NCBI GenBank assembly: GCA_050084985.1 | Contig: JBITNC010000001.1 | Coordinates: forward strand, 183,892,001 to 183,956,000 | Reading direction: 5' to 3' | DNA from: Nageia nagi | Taxonomy: Eukaryota; Plantae; Pinophyta | DNA: 64,000 bases | Shown here: positions 28,801 to 43,800 of the stretch, in pieces | Layout of the letters: each line of letters opens with the position of its first letter | How positions within the stretch are numbered: the stretch's first letter is position 1 | Notes under the pieces: model-generated | What the model saw: the letters and a program-made list of their open reading frames with translations, nothing else | What the model was told of the DNA's origin: nothing | The model's database searches: none | Made by a program: the position numbers and the translations under genes

Positions 28801-31800
28801 TCCTCTTCTAGCCAAACTCTTATTCTATCTTGCACTAGTGTCAACCTGATTCCTCACTCTTAAACTATGGTTTTTTCTAGTTCTGTATCAGATGACAAAA
28901 GGCTTAGGTCAAAAAAAAGGAATCAATTATGGGCAGTCTAATAAAACAAAAATTCCTAAAACCAAAAGTAATGATCATCTACAGTTGTTTGATGACCTAC
29001 TTGTCATATATTTTCTTTGTTATGATAGTTAAATGGAAAATGTAAGATCATTCCCAGCCTCTATAATAGGATAGTATCTAGTAGAGCATCAATTAGTTTT
29101 CTATGTGGAGCACGTTTTTCATTTGGTTTGAGTAACAATTAATGGAAGGAAGCTCCTGATACTCTATGCTGTGTTAAAACTCTGATGTGTATGCTTTGAG
29201 TTTTTTAAATATACTGTTTTGTGAAGGTGTAAATGAGTAATATTGTTTTTAGAAGAAAAATGTCCGTACTTTAATTATTGATGTGAATAATTTTCAATGT
29301 ATTTATATTTTTTAGTTTGCCACTCACTACATTCAGAGGCTGATGCTTCCAAAGGTGTTCCCCTTCTGGAAACTGCACCCTACTCATGTCCAATTTTCTC
29401 CAACTTGGGTTCAAAAGCTACATTTTCTCAGAGATATCTTTCTTGAACAGTGCATAGACAATTCAGTGCAGTAAGAAAGATAAAAGGATAAAAGGGTTAA
29501 AAGAAATTACTTGCGTGACGTAATTTTTGCATGGCAATAGATGGTTCGAAAATTCATTCTATAATGAGATATATGGTGCTCGCATACCATGGTTGGCTTC
29601 CTTAAGCGTGTTTACAAACATAACAATGCAATAGTATTCAACTTATATTTCATAATTTACAAAATTCTTTGAGACTGCAGAAATAAAAACATTGTACAAT
29701 TTAAGCATAATGATTCAGGGATAACTGAACTTTCTTCTTAAATTGCAAGAACAAACTATAATACTTGACTTTTACTTTTCAAAAACCTTGGGATTCTCTC
29801 CAAGTACTTCCTGGATCTGCTCACATACAAATAATTAAATAAAGTAAGTCTGCAAGACTAGCTTTCAAGTCAGCAAGTAGACTATTGTTGTTGAAGATGC
29901 ACTATTTGTGTAACAAAGAAAAATTTGGCCATGGTTGAGGAGGTGGTTGTTGACATCATGGCCAGCCTGACTGCAAGTATAAGTGCTCGTTTAATTAAAA
30001 ATCAGCACATATCACTTGTGACAAGAAAATAAGTCATTTTGGCTTTGAAGGCTCAAGGAGAGATTTGCACATGTAGAGTAAAGGTCGAGATGGTTAAGGA
30101 TGAAGTAGAGATGGTTGAGGATGGAAGCTGGCTCACTCGAACAATTTTAGACTACACAAGAGGAGGAAAGTGGACTATGTTGATAAAACAAGCAGGATGA
30201 ATTAGAGATGGTTGAGGATGAAATGAAAAGATAAATATACGCTTGTTGAATCTAAATAGAGATGGTTGAGGATGAAATGAAAAGATAAATATACACTTGT
30301 TGAACCTAAAATAAGCAACCAATCAGCAATGACAGGCTGTACCAATAGAAAGAGGCCTTCTCAATTCACCAAGGAAGGAAGGATCCATCTGGAAAGGTAT
30401 CGAAACAAGTATGAAACCATTTCGATCACAGATGGGCAAGACAACTGAAGTTATTACATGACAAGTTCTGGTATACATTCAGAGGTCACATATGACTGGC
30501 GCTGAAAATTCTCTGGGTAGTGAAAACACTGCAAAGATTGCATAAAAGATTTGAAAACGAAATGGATTTTAAGGGAAACAACTTAAGTTCTTGATGTAAT
30601 TTGTAATTTCAAACAAGAAAAAGGATAAAGAAAAATCTCTTGTGAAGAAAATGGATAGCAAGGTCACTGAGAATCTTTAAAGGGATTGTTCTTCCAAGAA
30701 CTTTTGTTGATGAACAAGAACAAGATGGTAATCCAAACTATGTACAGAACCAAGAGTCGAGCCAGCAGCTTAGAGTACAAGGATCAAACAGAATAAATGA
30801 GATTCCCTACTTGGGATGATGACATTCAGCAAGCCATAATTAGAGTCACTAATAAAAATATGGCAAATTGATGTAGGAGATGATAGAGGTAATGAAAGAA
30901 GATAAGATGAAGCAATCAGGGGTAGGAATACCAAACTCACGTAGATTGTTTGGATTATAATTGCAAGTACTCTTAAAACAACAAGTATATGCCAACTGGG
31001 ATATGACGAACTAGAAAAGGGGTAGAGATGACAGTAGGGTGTTTAACACAGTCAAATGCTATAGGTGTAGAAATGGAGACATGACAGAAGACATTGTTTA
31101 AATCAAGAATCACGGATGCTGGCCAAAGGTGCGCTCTTAGGATTGAAGATAGCTACTCACCTCACAAGAAAGTTTTGCAAATAAAGAGAATGGGGCATTT
31201 GCAGTACACACTAGAAACAAAACAAGAAACGTTACATATTCCAAACCCATATCTGAAAAGGAAGTGCGAGATATTATTACAAAGTGACAGGGACAAGATA
31301 AAGGAATGAAGAAGTTAAACGTACAAACATCAGAAAGAAAGAAAATGAAATTACACCCCCATATTAACACCGGTGAAGTACTGGGATAAAAAATCAGAAA
31401 TGTACAACCAACTGAAATCAAGTTTTGCCGATGAAGAGACTCCTACTAAAGTAATTATGTCATTTCAGACATGGCACAGTACTTAGAAATACAGCAATAT
31501 ATTTTGTTCCACAGATAACTACTTTTACTAGATGGCAATGGGCAACAGGGCACAAGATAAATAATGTATGCAGTCTATGGACATCTTCTCACAGAATGTT
31601 GTCAACAAATAAAATAAGTCATGACAAGGCCTGGACTATCACCGACTGAAAGAAATTGAAAGAGGCCTCTATAGACAATAACTCACACCAACGAAGTAAA
31701 TGTATAGACCTAAAAGGAACTGTTATAAACAAAAATTCAAGTGTAAACTTCGTAAGTTGTGAGAAAAATTGGGTATACCAACCCTGTAGCCATTATATCT

Positions 31801-34800
31801 TGCACTAAGAGACTAAATACTAATTGGATGGAACCCAACAGCATATAGGTGACACAGATGATCGGGATGTAAAACCCTCAAGCCCATAACTTTAAGCAAT
31901 CAAGCTTTCGCAGTACCAGATAGAAGGACACAGTTGATGCTACCACAAGTGTTTGACATGAGGAAAACCATATGAGGATCAAACAATAAAAGAGTAATTT
32001 CAATACTGATGTATATACAAGATGTGTCTTAGCTTTGACCACCTCAAAAGAAAGCACTTTAGAAAATGAGCAGTAGGAGACACCAAGATCCAACTCCAAT
32101 TGACATCCCAAACCCATGGACTGTTTAGTTAGTTTAACCTTTGGACAATCAAGTATCAACTATAATTAAATAGTTGTTTTAGAGAAGTACAAGAGCGATA
32201 TTGGAGAACATCTGATTGAACAAAACACTGATCTTCAAGGAAGGATACCTATTATTCACCATATCCTTCTTCAACTAAAGATAGAAGATAGCAAGCTGTA
32301 TCTCATCCCATGATTCACACCGCTGAATGTTCCATTTCATAAAATCCACATTCATTATTTGAAAAGGCATCAGGTTAAGAAGCACCATGCTTTAAAATAG
32401 ATGACCATCATTGAGACATGTCTTGAGCTAAACAGCAACGCATTGCCCAAGAAAATAATTTGGAACAATCCCTATAATCACCATTGGAATCCATTTCATT
32501 GCTTCAAATGTTGACCATTTCATCTGTTGATAATTATCCAACATACTTCTCATATTACTTCCAACCATCATTCTTCCTACTTCCCAGAGCAAAAATTGAG
32601 CTCTTATCTGCATGTCATTTGGAAGCATGCCTCTGAATCTTTTCTTGACAATGTTCATCATGCTGAATCAAATTCGATAACTAGATAGTTTCCTGTGAAA
32701 AGTTAGTATGATGAGAGATGCAAAAGTCTCTGATCTGTCCTAGTCTACAATCCTCCTCATATCCCCTTTTCTTTAGAGAGCATCATCCCCTCCAACAAAA
32801 GTGACAAGAATTCCTCATGTGTAGACAGCAGGAGCTCCTTGATGCCCTCCTACAATCCCCTTAAAAGTATACTATTGTGGAAAATACTCTTTTGTCCTTG
32901 TTTATAATTTGTGTGCTCTGGCTCATCTCTAAAATGAGTGTCCAGTGGTATTAGAAGGGAGTGGCATAAATCCTATTGATATACATATATTCAAAATAGA
33001 ATACAGATTCATAATCTATACTAAAAAGAAACATTTCATCAATTTACACCCACAAATTCAAATTTTCAGATGGATATATCATTTATCACGTGTCAAAAAT
33101 GCAATTTTTTTGAAAAAATAAAGCAAAAGTGGGTCACATGAGCATGCTTTCATCCTATTTTGAATGGATTGAAGATCTTGAGGGCCCAATGTTATAAAGA
33201 AACATTCCGTCAAAGGATTGCTCAAGAGAAATTTGGTGCCAACCTCTTTATCTTGAGAGTGGCATTATGCTTGTTTTCTTCACATATATAGCTCGCTTTG
33301 TGATTCAACAATGGGCAGCGAAAGATAATTACCTTTCTTTATTTTTCTCAAAGAAGGTTGGATCCTTGTCTCCCTCTTAACGGAAATTTTGGTATTATAA
33401 GATAGGTTATTTTATCTATCAATATCTCCATGTAATGTTCCTTTCCCTTCAGATACTGCTTAGATATCTCTCGTCATCTTTCCACAGAAAAACATTATGG
33501 AAATGTCAAAAAATAACATGTCACCTGTATGTTCAGGTCACTTGGATCTCTCCATTCTACAACCTTGTGGCCTACAATGGCTGTCAACATTGAACATTAG
33601 TGATCAGTGAATGTAACATGTGTTGAAGAGAAACAAAAAATCATCATTTACTGTGGGAGGATGATATCTTCACATTTTCTTTCTATTGAAGTGAGGACAA
33701 AAAAGCATTTAATCTTCAGGTCTTATGTTTACTATGCAACCTAAGGGGATAACAATGATTCAACAAAGACTCAAAGGCGGTCAACATTGAAAATTAGTGA
33801 TTAGTGCATTTATGTATATACCATGTGTTGAAAAGAAACAAAAAATCGCCATATATTGTGGGGGTAATATCTTTGCATTTTCTTTCTATTGAAATGGGTA
33901 CAAAAAAACATTTGTTTTCAGGGGTTCTGTCTATTTTGCAACGCAAGGAGATAATAATGATTGAGCAAAGAGTCATGAGGGATCTCTACATTTAATCATT
34001 TTCCAAAAACACATTTAGCTTTTTATGTTCAAGAATAAGTTTATTCGAAACATGGAACTTGACATAGTTTAAGAAAACACAAAATTTGATCACTTTTTGT
34101 AAGTATATACTATATACAATATTTCAAATTTGAACGAGCTGGGGTGTAAAGCACACAGTGATTACTGCATTCACTATAGCAGCTTGTGATAGATTCATGA
34201 AATGATGCCCCCTTCAAAAGCACCTTGAAAGCCACCTTAGACTTCTTAGTCTTGCAAAACATACAAAGGGTAACTACCCCCTGCCGTGCATATTTTAGAG
34301 TCTAGACTAATGGGACTGCTGCGTATTATAATATTTTTTTCTCTGTATCAAGAGGAATGCCAATTGTGGCTATGCAATATACTATATACAATATTTGAAG
34401 TTTGAACCAGCTGGGGTGTCGAGCACATATTGATTACTGCATTCACTATAGTAGCTTGTGATAGATTCACAAAATGATGCCCCCCTTCAAGAGCACCTAG
34501 AATGGCACCTTAGACTCCTTAGTCTTGAAAACAAAACATACAAAGAGACATTCGTAGGAGTAACTTACTTCCTCCCAAGTTTGTTTACTTAGTAAGCTTA
34601 GCCCACGTTATTCCCCTAAGGATATTATCATAGTTTTAAGCCCCATTAAGTTTTAACCTACTTATTCAATTTCTGGACACAAATAGAATATCACTGTGCA
34701 CATCCACCACCCAAATGTTGAACCAAGCCAACCCATTAAGTCACCAATCATAGTTTGTGTTAAATAAAGAATCAAACAAATCCCTTTCATGTTTGAATAT

Positions 34801-37800
34801 GATTTACATGACAACAACACATCATAGGCCTTCGTCCAAAAGTCAATTCCAGCTCTCGTTGCTCTACATGCCTTTGAAGCCTAGTTCCACATTTCCTTGC
34901 AAAATTTGATGAGTCAAACCTATCAACAGTCTAAACATTTGATTCAAATAAAATGAGCATGCCATTGGACCTTACCTAGTAATTACACTTCTTGAATTTG
35001 GTATTTTTATCATCTATTGTCATGCATATACACTTTTTGACACCCTTGCACCATTCCAAACATTAATCCTAATTCTAGTCAGGCTTGTCCTAAGAACGAT
35101 CTTTTTCAACATATTTAAAATTCAAATACATCCACCAAAAAATCAGTTATACCCCCCTTTACCTTAGGAGCATTATCTTCATTATGCCCTAGAATTTGTA
35201 GCATACCTTTTTCCCATAGTTGTTTCAAATATAATGCTTTCCTCCTTTGTTCATTTTTTGCCACTATCTAATCTTTGGTTTAATTGTACATATACAAATG
35301 ATGATTCCGGTACTACTCACAAAGATTAGCATTCTAAACTTCCCCCAACAAAGTTTGTGGCCCTGGTCTCTTTAAAAGACCTGCAACACAAGTGTTCATT
35401 AAATTTTCAAATAGAGTAACCTTCTCTTTCTCATCCCAAAGATAATCCATCATGCATCAAACCTCCACAAATTTCTGATCACTTTCCTCCATTACTAGTG
35501 ATCCTTGTGTTAACAGACTGAGTTCATGGATCCTTTGAAGTCATCTCAAATAGCAAGTGTTTCTTTCTAAACTGCCATAAATTGTTCCAAAGCTAGATCA
35601 TTCATCTTCAGCATCTTTAGTAACATTATGACCATCACACACAAGCAATGTTTGGTGCTTAAAATGGTAAGAAAATGTTTGTAACTTATCATTACTTCAA
35701 AACCTGCAATCCAAATTATTCTTCCATCTTCAAGAGTTAATCTTTTGCAACAATACAAATAGTTTCCTATCAAAAGTATGACTTTCTATTCTAACTTCTG
35801 TACAGCATCCTGCCAAATCCTCCCAAAAATTTTAAAAGATGAGCCCTGACTCCTCCTTTGCTTATAGCCTTTGCCATATTAGACTTTATCATGATGTTAT
35901 TTATGCTAACTTTGAACTGACTTATTTTAAGCCATAATCTACCATCAGATTTGACTATATTCATTCTCTCACTGTGCAATCAATTTTCAAAATCTCAAAT
36001 GGTTTTTCAATATTTGAACGGTCTTTCAGCATCTGACACAAATTCATTTAGGTTATGTTAACTTGCATTACTGTTCACCATGTCTTCCAATCATTTCTCC
36101 TCAACCTTCAAGTTCTCAAACTGTACAAAATGTGCTTTATGACCTTACTTTTCTTCCTACCTTATTGATGTTAATAACACAATGCCAGGAATACCTATCC
36201 ACCAGAAGCTGAACCCAATCCCCATTACAATATCAAGAATAGTCCCTACATCCAATCCTTCACAAACATGTATAGTTCTAGTTTGCTTAATAAAAGAATT
36301 ATTAATTATGCATCCAAAAGTAAAGAATTGATGACTAAAAGCATGCAATCAAAACCAACTTTTAATTGAAATTCACAAAGCTTCACCAATGGGCACAACA
36401 TTGCTGCATATGCTTCTAAACAAAAATACAATTCATAGAAGACCTTTTACATACCTACCACAATAATCCAGGTAAAATACCTACAGACGGCTAAAAGACC
36501 TGTTCTAGTCCCTAGACAAGAACCTTTTCAATCCAAGCAAGTTATGTATGAAGTACTAAAAACCTAACTTTGCTCCAATCCCTAGTTAGAGCCAACAATA
36601 ACGCAATACAATCTGTGCAAGCAAGGCTACATATTAAATGGAGATTTTGGAAGGGCTACATAGTACAAATCAAGGCCGGTCTTGAACCTGGGCAGTTCAA
36701 TAGATGTCCTATGTTGACAGTATCTTCATTTTTTGTCTCAACATCAACAGACTTCACTCAAGGCTTCCATTTTGGGCATATTCTTCCAGCAGCTTCAAAA
36801 CACATAGTTTCTAGTTTCTATGCTTAGCATAATTGTGAATAAATAGAGATGAGTAACCCTTCCTTCACAATCATATACCTTTTTATGGATGCTTTGTAAT
36901 GCTCAATGACCCCTAATACAAAATGATTCTTCTCATCATCCTATTGGCTAAATGCCTTGATGATCTACATTCTTCCACATGTTTAAGTGAGTTCTAGTAT
37001 CCCTTCCTATTCTCTTATACAGCTATGCAAGTGAATCGGCTTGCACATCCAAATCTACCCACATCAATGATTATTAGCTGTTCCTTTATGTTGGGTAGTT
37101 TTTCTTTCCTACCTTGCCAATAGGCAAATAAGTTGCAAGGCTAGCAAAGACACCAACACCTTAGGTGAGAAGGCATTACCCTTTTCTGCTATGAGGACTG
37201 GTTACCTCAAAGGTCTCTTTCGTGGATGTGCAAGAATAAGGCTAAGAGACTGGCTACGATGTTTGAAGCGATCACCAACTCAAATAAGATTTGTTTATCA
37301 AGGACTCAGATCGCCTCAATACCTTGATAAGGGTTGTTTCTTTGAACAAAAATTGAAAAAGGGGCGCAAAAGCTGCGCAAAGAAAGTGAAAAATAAAAGA
37401 AAAAGGTAGGATAGACACGAATGGTATGTGAGTTCAATTCGAGTGTAAAGCTTCTCACCAACTGATGTAGGGTTTTGGAAGTCAACTCTTCTGAGCTTGT
37501 GATAGATTCCATGCACTCCTAATCCACTCCACTACTCAACAACACGAATAACCTAGTAAAGGGAGCGTGAAGCTAAGGCAATGATGGCAATGGTGAAATG
37601 TGTGAGGTCCTTTATGATGGCACAGTGAAGTTCCTAAGTTAAGCGACATAGGGAGCCATTCCAAAGTACACAAGTCATGCAAATTACAAACTATTGCTTT
37701 CAAGCAATTACTTCAATCACTTCAAAGGATGTTCAAGCACTCTTTTGTCCACCTTAGGTAAGGTTTACAAAATGCACTAAGTAACTCGAGCAATCACAAG

Positions 37801-40800
37801 ACAACAATATCATTCATCCACTCACTTAAGATGTGCAATAAAAATTCATTCACATTTGTAATCACAAGCAATGAGAGCATACACTATAACTTAGAAAATA
37901 TACCACATTCACAATTAGCAAAAACTTGTTTGCTAGGAAGTATTATTAAGTCCTGCAATTGTAAAATTGTCAAATCCCCATCAAAATGAGCCTTTAGGGG
38001 CTATAAATAGTTTTGGTGGCAACCCCAAGTGTTGCCCTAACCCTAATACGAATTCCAAGAAAATAAACAAATGTCCAATAAAAACTTGCCACATGGCATT
38101 ACAAGATTAACTCCAGTACTTATGCGATCAAATCTCCATCCATTACAAGGCCTAATATAAAATATAATTATACGAAGTTTAAAAATGATTATAGCTGAAA
38201 TAAAATAATAATAATAAAAATAATATATGGTTGTTGCGTTAGAGCAGCAACGTGGTCTTCGAAATCATCATCCAATTAGCCTACGACGAGCTCCAACCCA
38301 TAAACTATCTCACTATGTACTTCCCTGTTCCTCTCAATAAAATCATCCACCTTGCGAATGGTCCACTCCATCTCTAGCTTCCAGGCGTACACCTTCATCA
38401 TGTGCTTAGCATGGCTCCCAGTCTAATAAGCATTCAAATCCTATGTCAGAAGTAAACCTCTAATCAAGTGTTTTACATCTGTGGCCACTTCACTGGCCTC
38501 TCTGATCACACCATCTTCTTCGAGGAACTTCACTTCATATTGCATTGCCATCCTTGCTCAACTCTTGACATCGAGATCTTGATTGTCTCAACCACTCCAC
38601 ATGGAACCAATACTCTCTACAGAAATTGGCATCCGCTTGACTATCCACTGCTGTTGGTTGAGATCTTGTAATAATTGGTCTTTGTTCTTCCAATCACCCA
38701 AGAAACTCAACTCTATTTGTCAAGAACCCCTTCACTTTTTCTTCTTCTATGAAAACATTTCAAAGGGCTTCCACAAATCGTGCTACCACCTCAATGACTT
38801 CACCGATGTTCTGAACAACTTCTCTTTGATTGCCACTAGACCCTCTTTCAACAGTACTTGCTTCCTGAGCTCATCGAGGGTCATCCTAACCATCTCTATC
38901 TCCCTCATCAATCTCTTCTAGGCGGACAATTCCTTCTTCTAGCTCTTGATTTCTCTCTCTTTCTACAACCCATCCTTCATCATGGCATTTGCATTGGCTA
39001 TGATGGAATGCTTCCTTCCCACAATCCCAATTAGCCCCGTCTCAATTATCTGATTGATTTGTTTTAAGTCTCCTTGATTTTGAGGGTTGGCCTTGTCAGC
39101 ATATACTATCTTGATATGGATTGCACTATCAATCATGTGAACATAAGTCTGACTCTTGCCAAGACGGGTAAAACTCTCTCCTACTGGGTGATCTTCATCG
39201 AGGTCTTCGAATTCATTCCCCACATCCATCCTGAAGATGCCAAGGCACTCATCCACATCTATACCCCATTCGTTGTTGGCCATAGGTTGATATATCTCTA
39301 CAATGGGCTCCTGAGTGGTCACTATATCCAACCTTCGTCTCTTGGGCTACCTTACCTCCTCACTCGGATGTTCTTCATCACTTTTTTCACTTGACTGTTG
39401 TGGGCATGGCATCTTCCTCTGTTGCACTCTCCTTAATACCCTTTCTGACAAAGGAATCTTCCCTTTCCTCCTGGATGAGAAAGGGCTTGAAAGTGAGGGC
39501 TCAGGTCTCTCGTCTAATATCTCTAATGTTTTCTCTTATTGTTCTACATCCATAGGGTGAGCTTGGCTTTCTACTTGTTCTTTTTCGGCTTGGTCATTTG
39601 CCTCACCCTCATTTGATACTTCATATAGTGGTGAAGAAGATGGAGAGTTGGATGGTGGTACTGCTGAAGTAGGAGGTTGAGTTGTTCATCTGATAGGGCA
39701 GTCTATGGGCGATGGATCTTTTTTCGCATTCCTCACACATCTTGTCCTCTTATCCATAGCTACTTCCTCCAACTCATCTAAGATAGGTTCATTCAATTGT
39801 TTTCTAGCTTGTTCCACAACTCTATCCACTGGGTGACCTCCATGCATGGAAGCATTCTGTCCTACTTGCTCCTGATTGTCCAAAGGGTACTAAGTCACCT
39901 ATGATGTGAATTCTTCATGCCTTTTACCCTTGTTGGGTGCCAAGGATCTATCCTCTCTTTCACTGTTTTCTGCATTGTTCTTGCCTCACCATGTAATTGA
40001 GCATGAATTCTCTTCATCTCAGACTCACTACTCACATTCCTAAACAACTCTTCACCTCCAAGTGACTTGTGATTGTATGCCTTCTTTCACTCTTTCATGA
40101 AGAAGTTGTGAATCTTATGATCCATATCATAGTGGTCAGCTCTACTCACTGTGTTGAAGCCATACTTCTCAAGTTCTTCCTTCATAGTATCTACATTTGC
40201 CCAGAATCGACATTAGTATTCTCCCACTATGATTGGTAAGTTGGTAGTGACCAACTTCTTCTGCCATGCATGCTCATGCAAGTATGCCAACTGCCTCATC
40301 ATCTCCATCAAGATTAGCCTATTGCTGACATACCTAGACAACTAGTAAGGCTCCACGGAAGAACCATAAATTTTGATATAGGAGAAATGTTGGTTTTGAA
40401 GAAAGAAGTCCCCATACCTCTTCAATGCATCTTTTGTCGAGTTGGAGATCCGTGAGATTGAAACTTCTCCTTTTAACTCTTTCTAGATTTCATATTCCTA
40501 GCCATCATTCCTCATGAAGTAGCTATTCCATCTCCTCTCAACTCTCCATTTGGGGTAACACTTCTAAACCACATGACTCCCTTCCCATATCATGGCCTCC
40601 TCACCAAGAGATGTAGGTATATACTTGCCATGGAGTAGCAAGTACACCAGATAAGAGTTCATGTAAAACTTCTTGATGGTACTAATTGATGATAGGTGAT
40701 TGGCAAGGGTGTTACTAATGAACTTGCTCCACTTGATTCTCTTCCCTCTACTAATTTGTACAATGAAACCGAAGAACTCCTTCCTAAATTTGCTGTTGTC

Positions 40801-43800
40801 TTCTTTCCCTAGTACTCTGGACAACATGCTAATCATCCTGTCAACAATGGGGAAAAAGTTGGTGTGTTTAGCATTGATGAGAGCATTGCCCTTTAATTAG
40901 TGATGTTCTTCAAACATCCAATCCTTGATCATGGTTGCCGACTTGTTGGTGGCTTGGTAAAGGGCTAGTGATTCTGCTTTGTTGTATTCATAGTCTCCCT
41001 CACCTGACCACTGAAATGCACTCTTCATTGCTTTTGGGCTAAAATCCATAATGACTTCTCCTTTAGTGTCTTGAAGCACCCTCTCACCAATCTTCCAATG
41101 TTGACTTACTTCTACGCACAACTCAAGGAATGGGACTGCAAAGAGAATGGTAGCAGCTGTCATAAGGCTAGAGAAAAACAGGATGTCTCGCTTCAAAACC
41201 TTGGGGTCTATCTTCTTGATTTTCTCCCTCACTTTGAACGGATCAATGTTTTGCCAATCTGTGTCCCCAATGATGACGAATCCATTTTTGTTGAACTTGG
41301 CCCCTTGACATAAGGCTTCTTCCCTCACGCACATTTATATGAAGCTATCCCTCCTTAGTAGTTCCAACTCCTTTGCATACTCCTTGGCTGCATCACTTCT
41401 TGAAGCTACCATTTTGACGGTGTGCGAATGACTAGATCTCTCCTAGACTCCCCTCACAAGCTTAGATTGTAGAAGACTTCGAAATGATACCCTAATTCCC
41501 TTTAGACCTCCCATGCAAGCTTGAATGGATGACAACTTCGAAATGATGCGCTAATTTTCACCTCTTTTTCTCCTTGGCACAAATGTTGAAGAGGAGAATG
41601 ATTTGCATTTGAAAAATGAGCTCAAACTTCTCCTTATAGCTAAAGTTAGGTTTCCCATAACCCTAGTCAGCTAGGTTTTACAAAAATGGAAAAAAATAAT
41701 CCAAGCCCTTTGATCTAGCTAACCTCGAGATGCATGCTCACCCAAAATTTAAAAATTTTGCACCTGGGATTTTGGCGCAAGGGTGATGGAGGTCTTCTGG
41801 GTTGGCACATGACCAAAAAAGACAAAATCTTGTCTTTTTTTGTCATGCGCCAAGCTTGAGGGCTATCTAGAATCCGGCGCAAGTCTCTTTGGCTATCAAA
41901 TTTGTTTTCTTGACCCTTGCGCTGACCTCTATGGCTATGGTTCTTTGTAAATTCATCTTCCCTTAGGCCCATGTTGCTCAAAATTTCACTTTGCAAGCTT
42001 CCTGGGCACCCTTTTAGAGAGTTGAATTATAAACTAAATAACTTTAAACACCCAAGATCACATGAAAGCTCACAAATAACATCTAAATAACTTACAAAGC
42101 AATCTAACAAAAAAAACTCAAGATGTAAGTGGTTCCTCCAACGAGGAGTACATCCACTAACTAGATCTCACTTCTTAACAAATATGAACTCTTAAAATCC
42201 TCCTAAACTTTTCTCCTAAACACTATCCTATAGCATAGCTTTACTCCACAAATTGGTGTGTGATAACAAAGAGTGAGCATTCTATCCAAAATCCTTCTTT
42301 GGATCACCCTTTTACCAAATGTACAAAGGCATGACATGCACTTCCTTTTACCCAAAAGGCATGCTCATGGCATGGAGTGTAGGACAAGTTAAACTATCAT
42401 ATTCACTTAAATACTTAAGGTATCTAATGATACCATTAAGTATTAGTGAATTTACAAAGAGGATTAATACAAACCTTTACAATAATGCATTATACATTCC
42501 AACACTCCCCCTTAATGCAATATTGGGATAGAGCGAATAAGAGAGAAGAAAGAGAGAAAGTAAGAGAGTTCTCCTCCAAATAGATACAACAAAAATGAGA
42601 ACTTTTTACATATTTGTGAAGTAAGAAAGATCTAGTTTGAGACTCACTACTTTGCCAAATACAATCATTAACTATAACTGGTTTCAATGTATATGAAGTA
42701 GTCATCCAACTGGAAGTCATGAAGAGTCTCCAAGAGCTTGCACACCGAAAATAATTAACCTGCAATCTCAAGATAACCTGCAAGTTATAAGCAGCTCAAA
42801 TAACAAGATCAGTTAGATGCAACATATTCATATCAACTAGGATAGATGAATCACACAAATGCCATCATGAACTGATCAATGGTGCTTTATAAGTCATCAC
42901 GAAGATGCCAAGCCAAAACTCATAGTCACCTGCTGTATATAAAACATGTGTTGATTGTCATTACAAAATAAAGCATGCAAATACGAGTTCCTCACATATG
43001 GATAACTGAACAGTGCCAAAAGACACATAAGAGTTCTTCACACATGGATAACTGAACAATGCTAGATTGGCCAATTTTTTTGCTTTAAAAATTTGTACAA
43101 GTTCTTCACACGGAGTGAACTTCCCACGAAGGTGTACAACAAAATCAACACTATACAGCACAACATCCTCCTAGGGGTGAAGTTGTCATCACAAATATGA
43201 ATTCAAAACTAGAATTCAAACTTCACTCCCCTTTGAGGGCAACTTCCCCAACCCGATAGCATCCTTAAGCTTACAGAATTGAGCTTTCAAGAGGGGTTTG
43301 GTGAACAAATCAGCAGAGTTCAAAGTAGATGGACAATCCTCCAGGTGTATGATGCCATCAAGAACCTTTTCCCTGATAAAATGGGCATGGATTTCCACAT
43401 GCTTTGTTCTCTGATGGAACACAAGATTCTTAGCCAGAGAAATAGCCTACTAATTGTCTGAAGAAATCAAAAATGAGCTACCTTGCTCATATCCAATTTC
43501 TTTCAAAAAATGCCTGAGCCAAATAGCTTCCTAGGCTGCAACAGACATGGCATGGTATTCGGCTTCTGTGGTGGAAAGAGAAATAGTAGGTTGCTTCTTG
43601 GAAGCCCATGAGATAGCACCTGAACCAATGCTAAACACATATGCAGAGGTTGATTTCCTGTTATCTCTATCTCCCCCATAGTCAGAATCTGAGAATCTAG
43701 AGAGAACAAACGAGGGCAATTTAGAATACTTGAGAGTAAGATCCTTAGTCCCTGCAACATACCTCAAGATTTGCTTCACAGCATTGAAGTGTTCAACATA

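Larger units (their letters stand above)
13176..29268 (+). mobile_element. Two-LTR Ty1/copia element (degenerate) carrying nested insertions
   Basis: Alignable LTRs, PBS, gag 13822-14420, integrase ~16330-17100, RT 17430-18220 ([34 protein letters not shown]), RT end/RNaseH 24640-25310, PPT AAGTGGGAGAA 25313-25323; degenerate TSD CTCTG/CTTTA. Confidence 0.9.

Noticed and set aside
30085-30310. CRISPR-like repeated motif with spacers
   Set aside because: Eukaryotic context, irregular spacing, duplicated spacers, no cas genes
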